From: Diadema antillarum
Taxonomy: Eukaryota
Direction of reading: 5' to 3'
Length of the DNA stretch: 64,000 nucleotides
NCBI RefSeq assembly: GCF_040938485.1
Contig: NW_027270918.1
Location: 806,001 to 870,000, forward strand
Under the pieces are notes generated by a model. That model was not told where the DNA came from and did no database searches. It saw nothing but the letters and a program-made list of their open reading frames with translations. A program made the translations under genes and the position numbers. Below, in pieces: positions 11,901 to 22,529 of the stretch. Position 1 is the stretch's first letter. Each line of letters starts with the position of its first letter.

Positions 11901-14865
11901 TGAAAGATACACGTAACGAGTTGATTGCTTTCAAAACTTGTACATGGTGAATTATGCTTTGATAATTTCATCATAATGTTGGTACAAGTTGAAGTTGGAT
12001 ACACCCCGTCACCAAACAACCCCATACTTTTCAGATAAGACGCATTGATTGTTTTGAAGGCAGTGGCCATTAACATTACTGGATGGAACATTAAATCAAG
12101 GTCAACCAAAGTGCCAGGAACAACGACAACAAACAATTAGAGTCAATCAACAACCAGATGGGATCGCTTTTAGTAATTTTCGTCAGCAAAATGGCGCTTA
12201 TAGCAGAGAAATTAATATTTCTCTCAGTGTATAGGCTGGGACCAGAGGACAGACACTATATATCAGTCATTCAGTAGTTCGATATTCCGAAGGTTCGTTA
12301 GTCCGAAAATAAGAAAAAGGTTAGCTATTCCGAAGGCTCGTTAATCCAAAAATGAAACAAGGTTCGTAATTCTGAAGTTCGTTGGCACTCAACTTTTCAT
12401 TCTCGAATTAACGAAACTTCGGAATAACGAACGTTTTTATTATCATTCTAGCGAACCTCATTTCATTTTCAAAATCACGAACCTAGGGTATAACGGACCT
12501 TTCAAATAGCGTCACAAATATTCGAATAAATTAACTTTTCTTCTTTTTTTAAAGAAATCGCTATCGAACACTATAGGGAATGTGTATGTTTCTGAATAAC
12601 GAACCTTTGGAATACGAATATCACCCTTTTCAAGGGGTGGGGTGGAGTGGAGAGAGTAATATATAAAATGCCTCATATACACACGTGTTTATTGCTTTGT
12701 CATGTCATTATTCGAAGATTATTTATCAATATATGAGTGCGCAAATTTTTATTACTTGTTTGTCAAAACAACAAACTGAAGCTGAAGGCGATAACACGCA
12801 TTATAAAGAAGGTCGGATAAGATATAGCTCAAAATTATAACGGGTGCAGATGATCGTACCTATATGACACCCAAAAGGTACACAGTGGCTTCATTATCAA
12901 ACGGCTAATAGAACTTGTTATCAGGCATGGGTTTCTTATCTGAGTTCGTCCAAAATTAGGTAAAGGACTGGTACAAACCAGTCCTCTCTGTTCGTATAGT
13001 GGTTAATGATTATACAAAGTGATTGCGGTCCTTTGGTACGGAGTGGTATCTTTGAATTGATGACAATGGTGAAAACATAGTGGATGCTCTCTCATGCGGT
13101 AAATTCGTCACGGGGATTTTATTGATTATGCCTCTTTCTTATATGCCTTTTTGTTATTCTCCTTTCTACAGTCTTTTGTCCCACGCCCTTCAAAAGTTGG
13201 TAATGAACGGAAAATGCTTGCTGAATTAAAAGTCTTCTTGAAGTAACGTTTATCCTTCACCTGAGACAATAATATAATTCACAGTGATTCTTAAAGTATG
13301 ATGCTCCAAAATAATACACGATGTGATGATTCATCCCCCTCCATTGTTAGGATGTTTCTATGCTGTATTATGAAAATTTGAATAATGAAATCTACAGAGT
13401 TTGATTGTCGACAGTCTCACAGTTTTGGCTTCCCAAGATGTGAATACATGGATCAATACCATCCCTCATGAGCCAATCTTTATCAAGAACTTGTTATGTA
13501 TACTAAATTTAGGTGTACTTAGTTCTAATTCAGTACTTTCATAAATCTTCAAAAGTTTTAAAGCCACCCTGCAAACATTATAATAGAGATTGTGTACTAA
13601 GAGCAACTCAGTCGTATGATGCATTGTATGTGACTTGCATAGTTATAGTGTCGGCTGCCATGATTTTTCAACAGGGTACTCTTCACCGACACACCAATGC
13701 AAACACGTATACACACAAATGTACACAATATTAATAAGCACAGATATTCACACATACAATACTATACACTTAATATAACTTCAAATTGAATTAAAAAATA
13801 AATATTAGTGTTTAATATGTATATTATATTATACACACTGTATTTATATCTTAATAATTACATATAATATACACACATTATATAATATCATATACTTTTT
13901 AAGCATGTACTATGCAAATGTACGCGACATGTCCGTTTCTGTTTATTTCCTCCATCAATAATCATTTCCATTCATTTGAAACGCAATCGTCATGCACATG
14001 ATTGTATTAATCGCACAATAAAACTCCAAGACGTCAGACCGAATGAACACGCATCACGAGGCATGATATCAAGAACATGATGCGACAGAGAGGCCCATGT
14101 TGATTACCAAAGGGCAAGCTTCAAGTATTAGTTTACTATACTCAGTTGTAAGCGGGCCGTGTAAACATTACGCCCATAAGCACACACGGACTTCATCATT
14201 CGTTGTGCGAGAAAAGACGAATCGCTGTTGCTACTCCGTCCCTTTTTGAGCCACAACATAACGATAATTTCGTTTATTTCTTTTTTGTACGGAAAGTACA
14301 TGACCTGAACTTTTTTTTTAAAATTTCAAATGGAATGACGAAACAGTTATCCTCATAGTCATAGCCATGAATCTGATTGTGAAATGCAAGAAGCTTGTTA
14401 TCAAACAAAGACACTCGTATTCATGTTTTATTGAAGAATTATGACAGCATGTTTGAGTATAGTTCATGCAATGTAATTCGATATTGTGATAGACCAAAAT
14501 ATTTCGTATAGCTTCTCATTCACTGAAATCGCTCTGACTCATTCCCCAATATGTCTCGTTTTCGAGGAGATTATTAGAATTATGCATTTGGTAGTAAAAC
14601 CTTTACGGTATATTCGTCCCTGGCGCAAAAGATTGTCATTATCTTTCATATTTTGTTCATTTATTTATCTATTACCATCTCTATCATTAAAACAAATGAA
14701 TGACATACCGGCATAGGGCCTGGTGCAGAGCTGTTTCTTCTTCTCCGTCGAGCCTGATGACGATCCCTGTTCGAGGTCGTGCTCGACCTCGGTGTACGTC
14801 GTGTCTCCATTCTCGGCCTTCTTGGCCGGCGTCATCTCCACGTTCTCGTACCCGTCGTTCTCCAT
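292..14865 (-). CDS. SLC3A1: SLC3-family heteromeric amino acid transporter heavy chain (rBAT/4F2hc-like, GH13 fold); 10 exons in window, 3' end outside window
   Basis: Exons 14865-14709, 9808-9578, 8811-8632, 7706-7582, 6171-6046, 4685-4545, 3977-3862, 3399-3183, 1452-1267, 429-292 all have GT-AG ends and compatible phases. Motifs: [11 protein letters not shown], single TM then [67 protein letters not shown]. The symbol is approximate: it is probably co-orthologous to SLC3A1 and SLC3A2. Confidence 0.9.
475..618. repeat. Degenerate (AAT/GAT)n microsatellite
   Basis: Visible trinucleotide periodicity; source of spurious ORFs 244..600 and 335..619. Confidence 0.85.
1073..1254. mobile_element. 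G-tract MITE with CAGGGGCGGATCCAG / CTGGATCCGCCACTG termini (hAT-like)
   Basis: TIRs seen; no clear TSD; half copy at about 30249-30340. Confidence 0.7.
1267..1452 (-). CDS. SLC3A1: SLC3 exon 9
   Basis: [13 protein letters not shown]...[19 protein letters not shown]...ISDP; donor GTAAGT. Confidence 0.9.
1470..1538. repeat. (GAG/AAG)n microsatellite acting as polypyrimidine tract of SLC3 exon 9
   Basis: Immediately upstream, on the minus strand, of the acceptor at 1453. Confidence 0.8.
3183..3399 (-). CDS. SLC3A1: SLC3 exon 8
   Basis: VMLTDCG...[10 protein letters not shown]...SWMGSM...NWPNFQ; donor GTAAAA. Confidence 0.88.
3862..3977 (-). CDS. SLC3A1: SLC3 exon 7
   Basis: [10 protein letters not shown]...YSTAGTYR; phase-2 donor GTATTA. 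Confidence 0.8.
4545..4685 (-). CDS. SLC3A1: SLC3 exon 6
   Basis: [19 protein letters not shown]...SSLQ; acag acceptor, GTAATC donor. Confidence 0.88.
4910..5123. mobile_element. Family A MITE fragment, runs into N-gap
   Basis: TTTATTTGATGAAAATTGG...TTTTGGATATCTCAGCCATTTCAAAACC core as at 17745 and 56025. Confidence 0.7.
5124..5287. other. Assembly gap (other gaps: 10476-10624, 15778-15945, 32636-32906)
   Basis: Runs of N. Confidence 0.99.
5356..5505. repeat. Two-copy tandem duplication (period about 83 bp)
   Basis: TATGTTACT(A/G)TCAGACTACAGT...ATATTGTTTTTG occurs twice. Confidence 0.7.
6046..6171 (-). CDS. SLC3A1: SLC3 exon 5 (domain B)
   Basis: 126 bp; GSLYSGSAW...[20 protein letters not shown]; not in the ORF track. 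Confidence 0.88.
6205..6555. mobile_element. Family A Kolobok-like MITE, diverged
   Basis: TTAA|AGGGATG...CATCCCCT|TTAG; shares GAGATAATGAGAAAC and TTTATTTGATGAAAATTGG. Confidence 0.75.
7582..7706 (-). CDS. SLC3A1: SLC3 exon 4
   Basis: [16 protein letters not shown]...YNNW; gcag acceptor, GTACGT donor. Confidence 0.9.
8632..8811 (-). CDS. SLC3A1: SLC3 exon 3
   Basis: 180 bp; [24 protein letters not shown]...[25 protein letters not shown]; donor GTAAGA; this frame is not in the ORF track. Confidence 0.9.
9001..9336. repeat. 336-bp near-perfect palindrome: TTAA-bounded AG...CT core (9037-9300) inside 32-bp inverted outer arms
   Basis: CTGAGTTTCCTTGTCTTAGTTTGTGTTTCAGG TTAA AGTACCTTTC...GAAAGGCACT TTAA CCTGAAATACAAACTAAGACAAGGAAACTCAG. 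Confidence 0.85.
9578..9808 (-). CDS. SLC3A1: SLC3 exon 2 (TM helix, disulfide Cys, GH13 start)
   Basis: cag|GA ATG GGA...; [15 protein letters not shown]...PRCLPWWQ...GDIR; donor GTATTC. Confidence 0.9.
11303..11333. promoter_or_regulatory. Two perfect CRE/ATF palindromes in SLC3 intron 1
   Basis: TGACGTCA at 11305-11312 and 11324-11331, each within a 12-bp palindrome. Confidence 0.45.
12277..12620. mobile_element. Inverted-repeat element built from TTCCGAAGGTTCGTTA subrepeats; related fragment at about 27620-27710
   Basis: GTTCGATATTCCGAAGGTTCGTTA...TAACGAACCTTTGGAATACGAAT. Confidence 0.6.
14709..14865 (-). CDS. SLC3A1: SLC3 exon 1 (cytoplasmic N-terminus)
   Basis: MENDGYENV...RPYAG; donor G|GTATGT, phase 1, joins the next exon to give [11 protein letters not shown]. 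Confidence 0.8.
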
Positions 14866-16478
14866 GGCGATGTCGATCTTTTCACAGGTGATGACGTCGT
14901 CGACTCAGATGACACAGCCGATTTTTCTTCTTTTACCGTTTGTGATTTGCTCGTGGAAGACTATACCGGAATTGATGTCGACTTGCTCTGACGATTGCTC
15001 ACTGTAGACTGTAGAGTAGATCTCGCGACAAGCCTTCCCTCTCTTCGCCCGTGTTTGCTTGAGCCTCTCGCGCACCCCGTTCAAAATCCAATAAGGAGGG
15101 GGGGGGGGGGTGTATGGTGTTAGGGTGTCATGGGAGTACGATCAAAGGTCTTCTTGCGTCAGTATACGGCAGCAGCTCGGCTTCTCCAAAGAGGTATCAC
15201 ACCTCCTTGGCGTCTCTAAACGTTTAAATACTCAATTTAGACAATATTACTAAAGTGCTGCAGTTCAAGGAGGACCACCTCAACATTAAACACACTAAAG
15301 TGTTTCAGGTGGACGAATAAAATATGATATACATACACACACATAAAACATACGTGTTTAATTATGCGGCTGTTATCAATACGGACCCTATTATCAGATA
15401 TTAGATACATAGCAAGTAAGAACACATTATCATATTGTATATCATTCGTGACTATTATGATGATATATGATTTGTGGATATCAATGATTTTTTTTTTTTG
15501 TTTGTTTATCGAAAGCATATAGATGTTGGCGTTTTGGAATCACATTTTAAGAGCACCGAGTGAGTTCGTAGGTAATTATTCAGAGTACAAAATCAAAACC
15601 GATCCGATTGCATCAGGAAACATAAATCTTTTAATTTATCATCACACTTTCACTGGCAATGTGCATTTTGGCATAAATAAAAAGAGAAAAAAATCTTCTT
15701 GAGACACAAATCTACACAATGTACGGTAAATCTGGCAAAGTTAATAATGAAGACAGGTCCTTAAACAAGTGCATGGGNNNNNNNNNNNNNNNNNNNNNNN
15801 NNNNNNNNNNNNNNNNNNNNNNNNNNNNNNNNNNNNNNNNNNNNNNNNNNNNNNNNNNNNNNNNNNNNNNNNNNNNNNNNNNNNNNNNNNNNNNNNNNNN
15901 NNNNNNNNNNNNNNNNNNNNNNNNNNNNNNNNNNNNNNNNNNNNNTTATATTATGTAATAGTACAAGTCAATATTCATAGATGTCGGGCCAAATATACTT
16001 TTCGTGAAATTACATGTTTTGTTGGCCCAATTGGTCACGCAGAGTTTTGCAAGTTTGTACATTGTTATCAATGTCGTGTATTCTAAAGGAGAATAACTCC
16101 TATCACAGTGCTTGATAACTTCATGCAAGTATTTCAGCCAGCTCCCGCGAACATGGTTGCCAAATCGCCTCTTTATAGTTTTCTTAACCAACCTCAGTCT
16201 CTTTTACCGCCAAAGTCGGCACAAACTGCTTTTCTCTCGAACACATTCTATCTGCCCAATCATTAATGCCATCAATGTAATTGAAGTTGTAAATATGTGC
16301 TTTTGGATCCGTTTGTTTGGTGTTTTTTTTGAGAGCATATGGACATGTGCACGTTGTGTTATGGGCTATTATAAGCACTGTTGATTATGGATTATCTTGC
16401 ACTTTTGTCAATACACTAGATATAGGGTTTAGTCAAATCAGCAAATATCCTCGTCATCTCACAGTCTGTCTTTCAAAA

Positions 16479-16746
16479 TAGGCGTTTTCACATGTCATCA
16501 GCCCGATAAAAATCCAAGCTCGAGATATTTTTATATTTCCCAAGTCAGAAAATAGCGCGCTATTTCGAAACATTGGGCTGATGTGAAAACGCCTATGACA
16601 ACTTGTTCATTCAATATTTAGCATTTCAATCAATAGGCGTTTTCACATCAGCCCGATAAAAATCCAAGCTCGAGATATTTTTTAATGTCCCAAGTCAGAA
16701 AAATAGCGCGCTATTTCGAAACATCGGGCTGACGTGAAAACGCCTA
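16479..16746. mobile_element. Two adjacent copies of a small TA-flanked MITE (16479-16595, 16634-16746)
   Basis: TAGGCGTTTTCACA(..)TCAGCCCGAT...AT(C/T)GGGCTGA(T/C)GTGAAAACGCCTA with near-identical interiors. Confidence 0.85.
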
Positions 16747-18487
16747 ATGAAATTTGCTTATTCAGGTATTTCGAATTCGTAAAAGGGGTACTAGTATTCA
16801 AATTAGCACGTGCTCTACATTCATTCTAATTCGCCACCACCGGTTGAGGTATTTCAGTCATTCAAGTTCGCGGATGGGTAGTCTAATTCCAAACCTATTC
16901 ATTCAAATGTTGTGTTATTTCTATTTTGACAAGGTGAGAAAATTTAAGCACGTGTATTTAGATGTAACTTTTTGTTTTTAAGCAGTATAAAAAGGTATGA
17001 TATCTTTGACACTTATAACTCGAGTTTGTTGTTCTGTAACGCCTCTCTTCTTTCATACACGTCATTATAGGCATACATGTATCAGTACTACAGATTCAAG
17101 TTCAGCTTGTTTTATTTCATCTCCAACAAATTGTCAATACAGTGAAACGGTTGAATATTCATACTAGTGACGCGAAATCAGTATACAACAGTGTAATTTT
17201 CAATTGTGATATGATAATGAAAGTTCATGTTATCTCCTTACATTCACGACAACACAAGTTAGATACAGGTGTACATCTCGAGAAGACATGTCATCTGAGA
17301 ATAATTTTATAGAAGCAGTTGAAGATCATTACATCGACTACCTGGAAATGGCCGACACACTCGGAATAAAGCGCGGAATGAAAAAACAAAAACAAAAATA
17401 ACGCACGCACTCTGCGCGATTACAAAAGTAATAGCAATGGGAAAAGAGAATTATCTAAAACTATCATCACAAGCAGAGCTTGACGTGGATGAGGCCCTAT
17501 TAATGTATGATATATACACCATATCAATAAACTTACGCACGTAGTTAAACTAACTGTTATACAGCGCACATTCATAAAGAATAGAGGTCCAATGCTTGTT
17601 AAAAGAAAGACGCAGCAATATTGACTACAAAAGTGTATTTTGTGCAAGTGAAAGTGCAAGACAGTGTGAACGAACGGTGTGACGCGATGACTCGGAAAAA
17701 AAAAACAATACTCCAAAAACATGTATCTTCAAAATTTATCTTAAAGGGATAGTACAGTATTGGTGGAGATGAAAATTGGGCTTTTAAATTTTTGCAAAAT
17801 ACCAAGAAAACGCTTATGATAGTACAGAGCATACCATTTTAAGAGGAATTCAACGTTTATTTGATGAAAATCGGGTTTGGAATGACTGAAACATCCAAAA
17901 ACAAAGTAAAACAAAGCGATCGTAATAAAGTGTGGGTCCCACACTTTACTAGAATTACTCTTTTTTGGATACCTCAGCCATTTCAAAACCAATATTCATC
18001 AAATAAACGTTGAATTCCTCATAGAATTACACGCTCTTTCATATTTCATAAGAGGTTTCTCATTAACCCGACGTGACGTGTGAAGTGTGTGACATTTCCT
18101 CAGGACAATCTCATATTTTTCGCAGTTATATTCTCCTTCCTATCGTTTTATATTGGAGACTCACATTCTAACATGACCATGGATTGATTGCTGAGTTGGA
18201 AATGTTTTAACATCTTGCATATATCGAGATATAGACGTCTTCTTATCCACGTCACGGTGTGCATTTACTGAACTCATTTCTACCTAGTCCCATACATACA
18301 TTGTTCATCTGTGCGTTTCATTACCTCTTTGCATGGGACATCTATGCCTTCTGCCTTTTAATACTGGAACCGAGGATCACTGCTCTGTGACATTCACCAT
18401 CAAGTTTTGCTCTGTAAGTTTACAGTAAATATACTGTGCATATATTTTGAACTTATCTATACACTTGTTTCTGTGCAAAATGGCGCA

Positions 18488-19633
18488 ATGGTGAAATTCA
18501 AACCACTACGGACGAATAAGTGCCGGGGACAACCAGGCACCCCATCTTTCAAATTCAAATTCCCAAAAGGAATCACAACAGACAGTGTATCCTATTCTAT
18601 AGATCTAATTTCGAAAGTGCATAACTCTGTGCCTGAAGAACTTTCTGCCACAGACTTCTACGCAGGAGAATTGGCACAGATATACCCCGATTTAAACTCT
18701 GAGATCTGCCGCCATTTTGCCTTGCAAATAACCTCATCGGATAGTGCCAATGACTCGCTTCACTCTTCACGGAACAGTTCAATTGTGAATCACATACCAT
18801 CTGACAATGAAGAACAAAACACCTGCGAAATCTGTGCTCTTAAATGTAAGGGCATGGAACGCATTTGTATGAGGTGTAAAAGCCTACACTTTCGTGTCGA
18901 CCAGCTGTGTATGGATGTGAAAAGAATTCAACATGCTGTCGATGCAATAGACGCTCCCTCTAATGCCAGATGCCCCACACCACCAAAGTCGAATCAAACA
19001 TCTTCAAGAATGCACATACCTCCTGACAATGAACCCACACCTCCCGGTACAGCGAGAAGTCCGCGCCCAAACTCATCACCTCCTACCCAACAATCTACTC
19101 GACCCCCTCCACAACAATCTCGTCTAGCTACGCAACCACCCACATACTCCAACGCTCCACCCCCTCCTCCACAGCGACCACCTCCGCGTCATCAATACTG
19201 GCCTGTATACCGTCCTGACCCAACAAATGTGAGTCAACCTCGCCTTGATACCCAACAACCCATGTCTGGTTTTGCAATGTTCAATGTACCCCCTCCCAAC
19301 TTCGCAGCCCCTCCATCACGACAACGCCCAACTCTTCAACAACCTGCAGCAACGACCCATTCATTCAATACGCGAGTCCGCCCTCCTCGATATACCCAGT
19401 TCACTCATCCGTCACACTATGGAATACCCCCCACCATCACGCCTAAACCCATGTTACGTCCATCCTTTGCTTCAGTAGTTCGCGGAACAAATAATGCTAT
19501 GTCCCCCTATCCCAACGTCTGCGAACTGTGTGGTGAGCCTAATCATCGGGCGCGATCATGCCGTCATGGTATCCAACTTCAATGCAGACGTTGCTCTCAA
19601 TACGGTCACAAAGCAAAAGTTTGCCCCTATTAG
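18488..19633 (+). CDS. LINE ORF1: Cys cluster, coiled-coil-like segment, Pro/Gln-rich region, two CCHC zinc knuckles
   Basis: First ATG at 18488 (the track's 18407 start is TTG); CELCGEPNHRARSC and CRRCSQYGHKAKVC fit CX2CX4HX4C. Confidence 0.85.
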   Translation: MVKFKPLRTNKCRGQPGTPSFKFKFPKGITTDSVSYSIDLISKVHNSVPEELSATDFYAGELAQIYPDLNSEICRHFALQITSSDSANDSLHSSRNSSIVNHIPSDNEEQNTCEICALKCKGMERICMRCKSLHFRVDQLCMDVKRIQHAVDAIDAPSNARCPTPPKSNQTSSRMHIPPDNEPTPPGTARSPRPNSSPPTQQSTRPPPQQSRLATQPPTYSNAPPPPPQRPPPRHQYWPVYRPDPTNVSQPRLDTQQPMSGFAMFNVPPPNFAAPPSRQRPTLQQPAATTHSFNTRVRPPRYTQFTHPSHYGIPPTITPKPMLRPSFASVVRGTNNAMSPYPNVCELCGEPNHRARSCRHGIQLQCRRCSQYGHKAKVCPY

Positions 19634-19694
19634 GTAGCTGGCCACGAAGAGTGTGCCAAAGACACAGAAGTAAGCTCAGTAAACCCTCCTGCTA

Positions 19695-22529
19695 ATGTTT
19701 TGCCAAGAAATGAGTATTCGAAATGTTCTTCTATTATCACGTGTTAAAGGTTTAAAAATCGCTCATCTTAATGTCAGGAGCCTTATTGATAAGATTGATG
19801 AAATTCGATTATTACTGAACAGGATTCACTTTGATTTATTATGCTTATCTGAAACATGGCTTCACGAATTGATTAGTGATTATTTGATATCATTTGATGA
19901 TTATGTACTTGTACGCAAAGATAGAGTAAAAAAAAGACGTGGTGGAGGAGTTTGTATATACATTCATAAAACGCTATCTTTCATTATAAGACAGGACCTT
20001 TTTTCAGACTCTCTGGAAGCTGTATGGATTGAATTGTTACAAACTAGGATGGAAAATTTAATCGTTGGTTGTGTATATAGACCACCTAATGCAGATAGGT
20101 TGTATTTTGATTGTTTTTTGGATATTCTTGAGAAAATAACAGATGAAAATAAAGAGAATGTGATTTTGGGAGATTTGAATTATGATTATAAGTTTGATGA
20201 AAATTTGTGTAATAATCCTATCAATTTGATTGAAAATTTGTTTTTGTTAACACAAATCGTTCACAAGCCGACGAGGGTAACAGATAAATCATCAAAGTGT
20301 TTAGATCATATACTTACCAGTTTCCCTCATAAACATACTGTCTGTAATGTAGCTAAGATTTCAATCAGCGATCATTATCTTATATATACATGTGTTGACA
20401 TGAGGATAAGTACTGATAGGAAACATAAAGAAATTGTCTTCCGTGATTTTAATGCGTTTGATGAGATTAGGTTCTTGGATGATCTTAAGAGAGTTTTTTC
20501 AATGAATGATTTCACGGATGAGGCAGAAGGAGTTAATGAAAAATGGATAAAATGGAAAACTATATTTTTACAAGTATGTGATATGCACGCCCCTTTAAAA
20601 AGGGTAAGAGTTAAACAGAGATGTTGTCCATGGATCACTAAAGATATTGTAAAGCTGATTTATAAAAGAGACTATTTAAAGAAAAAATGTGAATCCCAAC
20701 CTCTTTTTAAGAAGGAATATCAAAGAGTCAGAAACAGTATTACAAAACTTAGACGCAGTAGTAAAAAGAAGTATATGAATGTTATGTTAGATAAATGTAA
20801 AAATGACAGTAAGAGAGTGTGGAGAGAACTGAATAGAGTCACGGGTAGAAAACGTAAAGAAGATAACGTTCCGATGGAATTGACTGCCGATAAATTGAAT
20901 GAATATTTTGTTAATGTCGGTAAACAAATAGTAGAAGGTGGTAAAAGTACTTTTCAATGGAATCATTCTGAATGTATTTATGAGTTTATTTTTGATTGTG
21001 TCTCTGTCGATAGCATTCGTAATTCTCTCATAAATCTTGGTAAAGATAGCAACCTTGACATTCTGAGTTTTGATTCTAAGTTGTTATGTATAGCTGCTCC
21101 TGTCATTTCTGAAACACTTTGTATTATATATAATAAGAGTTTGACTGATGGAATTGTTCCCACTGAATGGAAAAGGGCTAAAACGACGCCTTTATACAAG
21201 GGCAAAGGAAGTAAAAATGATCCTTCAAATTATAGACCAATTTCTGTCGCTTGTCATGTATCAAAAATTTTTGAAAAGCAGATCAAAGATCAGTTATTGG
21301 CATATCTTCAGCAAAATGATTTGATTAACATAGATCAAGCTGCATTCTTGCCCCATCACTCAACTAACACTTGTCTCCATCGAGCTGTTGATGATTGGTT
21401 GGAGTCTTTTAACGATCGTGAAGTAGTTGCAGCATGTTTCCTTGATATTTCTAAGTGTTTCGATACAATTGATCATACGTTATTATTGCATAAGATGGAA
21501 TGTTATGGCATCAAGGGCAAACAATTGAAATGGTTTTCTGATTATTTAACTGGTAGGAGTCAAAATGTTTTTTGTCATGGTCATCTCTCAACATCTGAAA
21601 GTATTACGACAGGGGTACCACAAGGGAGTGTACTTGGGCCTATACTTTTCCTCATATTTATTAATGATATTTCCGAATCTGTATATTCATGTTCCTGTAA
21701 TGTATTCGCAGATGATGTAGTAATTTATTGTTCGCACAAAGATACTGATAGAGTTACATCAATGTTGCAAAATGATCTGAACTCGATATATAGATGGTAC
21801 AAGAGAAACAGATTAAGTATTAATTTAGATAAGACTAAGGTAATGTTATTAAGTCCACGGTGCTCCAAAAGTTTGAACATTTTTCTTGATGGAAAAAGGA
21901 TTGAACAGGTTCATGATTTTAGGTATTTGGGTGTTATAATAGACGACCATCTTCATTGGGATGCACACGTACAAAATTTAGCCAAATCTATTTCTATGAA
22001 ATTATTTATGTTACGAAAAATGAACCAATTTTTGGATAAAGATTCACTTAAACTTTTGTATACTGCAGTTGTTCAACCGTGTATTGATTATTCATGCTCC
22101 GTTTGGGGAAATTGCTCTGCTAAAAATAGAAATATTCTACATCGATTACAAAAGAGGGCAGCACGAATTATCACATCAAATTTTGATTACGAAACTGCAA
22201 ATGGGAATGACATAATCAAGGTTTTGAATTTGCAAGCATTTGAAAATAGAAGGAATTATTTTTTGTCAACGCTCATGTATAAATGCATCCATGGACTTGC
22301 CCCCACCCGAATGTGCAATAATATTGAGATGATTTTTGACAGGCATGGGTTTAATACAAGAGCAGCTGATTCTTTGAATGTGGTACCACCTAAACCGAAT
22401 GTAGAGTGTTTTAAAAGCTGTTTTAGATATGCAGGAGGAAAGGTATGGAACTCACTACCAAATGTTTTAAAGAAATCAAAGTCATTGTCAGCTTTTAAGT
22501 TGTTATATAAGGAAATGTATTTTCACTGA
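19695..22529 (+). CDS. LINE ORF2: apurinic-like endonuclease + reverse transcriptase (944 aa, uninterrupted)
   Basis: HLNVRSL, CLSETWL, GGGVCIY, GDLN, DHIL, SDH (APE); NYRPIS, DISKCFDTIDH, GVPQGSVLGP, FADD, YLG (RT); no RNase H seen. Confidence 0.97.
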   Translation: MFCQEMSIRNVLLLSRVKGLKIAHLNVRSLIDKIDEIRLLLNRIHFDLLCLSETWLHELISDYLISFDDYVLVRKDRVKKRRGGGVCIYIHKTLSFIIRQDLFSDSLEAVWIELLQTRMENLIVGCVYRPPNADRLYFDCFLDILEKITDENKENVILGDLNYDYKFDENLCNNPINLIENLFLLTQIVHKPTRVTDKSSKCLDHILTSFPHKHTVCNVAKISISDHYLIYTCVDMRISTDRKHKEIVFRDFNAFDEIRFLDDLKRVFSMNDFTDEAEGVNEKWIKWKTIFLQVCDMHAPLKRVRVKQRCCPWITKDIVKLIYKRDYLKKKCESQPLFKKEYQRVRNSITKLRRSSKKKYMNVMLDKCKNDSKRVWRELNRVTGRKRKEDNVPMELTADKLNEYFVNVGKQIVEGGKSTFQWNHSECIYEFIFDCVSVDSIRNSLINLGKDSNLDILSFDSKLLCIAAPVISETLCIIYNKSLTDGIVPTEWKRAKTTPLYKGKGSKNDPSNYRPISVACHVSKIFEKQIKDQLLAYLQQNDLINIDQAAFLPHHSTNTCLHRAVDDWLESFNDREVVAACFLDISKCFDTIDHTLLLHKMECYGIKGKQLKWFSDYLTGRSQNVFCHGHLSTSESITTGVPQGSVLGPILFLIFINDISESVYSCSCNVFADDVVIYCSHKDTDRVTSMLQNDLNSIYRWYKRNRLSINLDKTKVMLLSPRCSKSLNIFLDGKRIEQVHDFRYLGVIIDDHLHWDAHVQNLAKSISMKLFMLRKMNQFLDKDSLKLLYTAVVQPCIDYSCSVWGNCSAKNRNILHRLQKRAARIITSNFDYETANGNDIIKVLNLQAFENRRNYFLSTLMYKCIHGLAPTRMCNNIEMIFDRHGFNTRAADSLNVVPPKPNVECFKSCFRYAGGKVWNSLPNVLKKSKSLSAFKLLYKEMYFH

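Noticed and set aside
12277-16746. Repeat-spacer-like patterns (12277-12620 subrepeats, 16479-16746 tandem units) as CRISPR
   Set aside because: Eukaryotic context, inverted termini, no unique constant-length spacers and no cas genes; these are MITEs.
17289-17400. Short coding-looking frame MSSENNFIEAVEDHYIDYLEMADTLGIKRG...
   Set aside because: Under 40 codons, no recognisable family, and no flanking exons.
18407-18487. N-terminal extension of LINE ORF1 from a TTG start
   Set aside because: Non-ATG start with 5'UTR-like composition; the first ATG is at 18488.
19634-19694. Stop-codon readthrough fusing ORF1 and ORF2
   Set aside because: The ORFs are in different frames and I saw no slippery heptamer; reinitiation is the simpler model.
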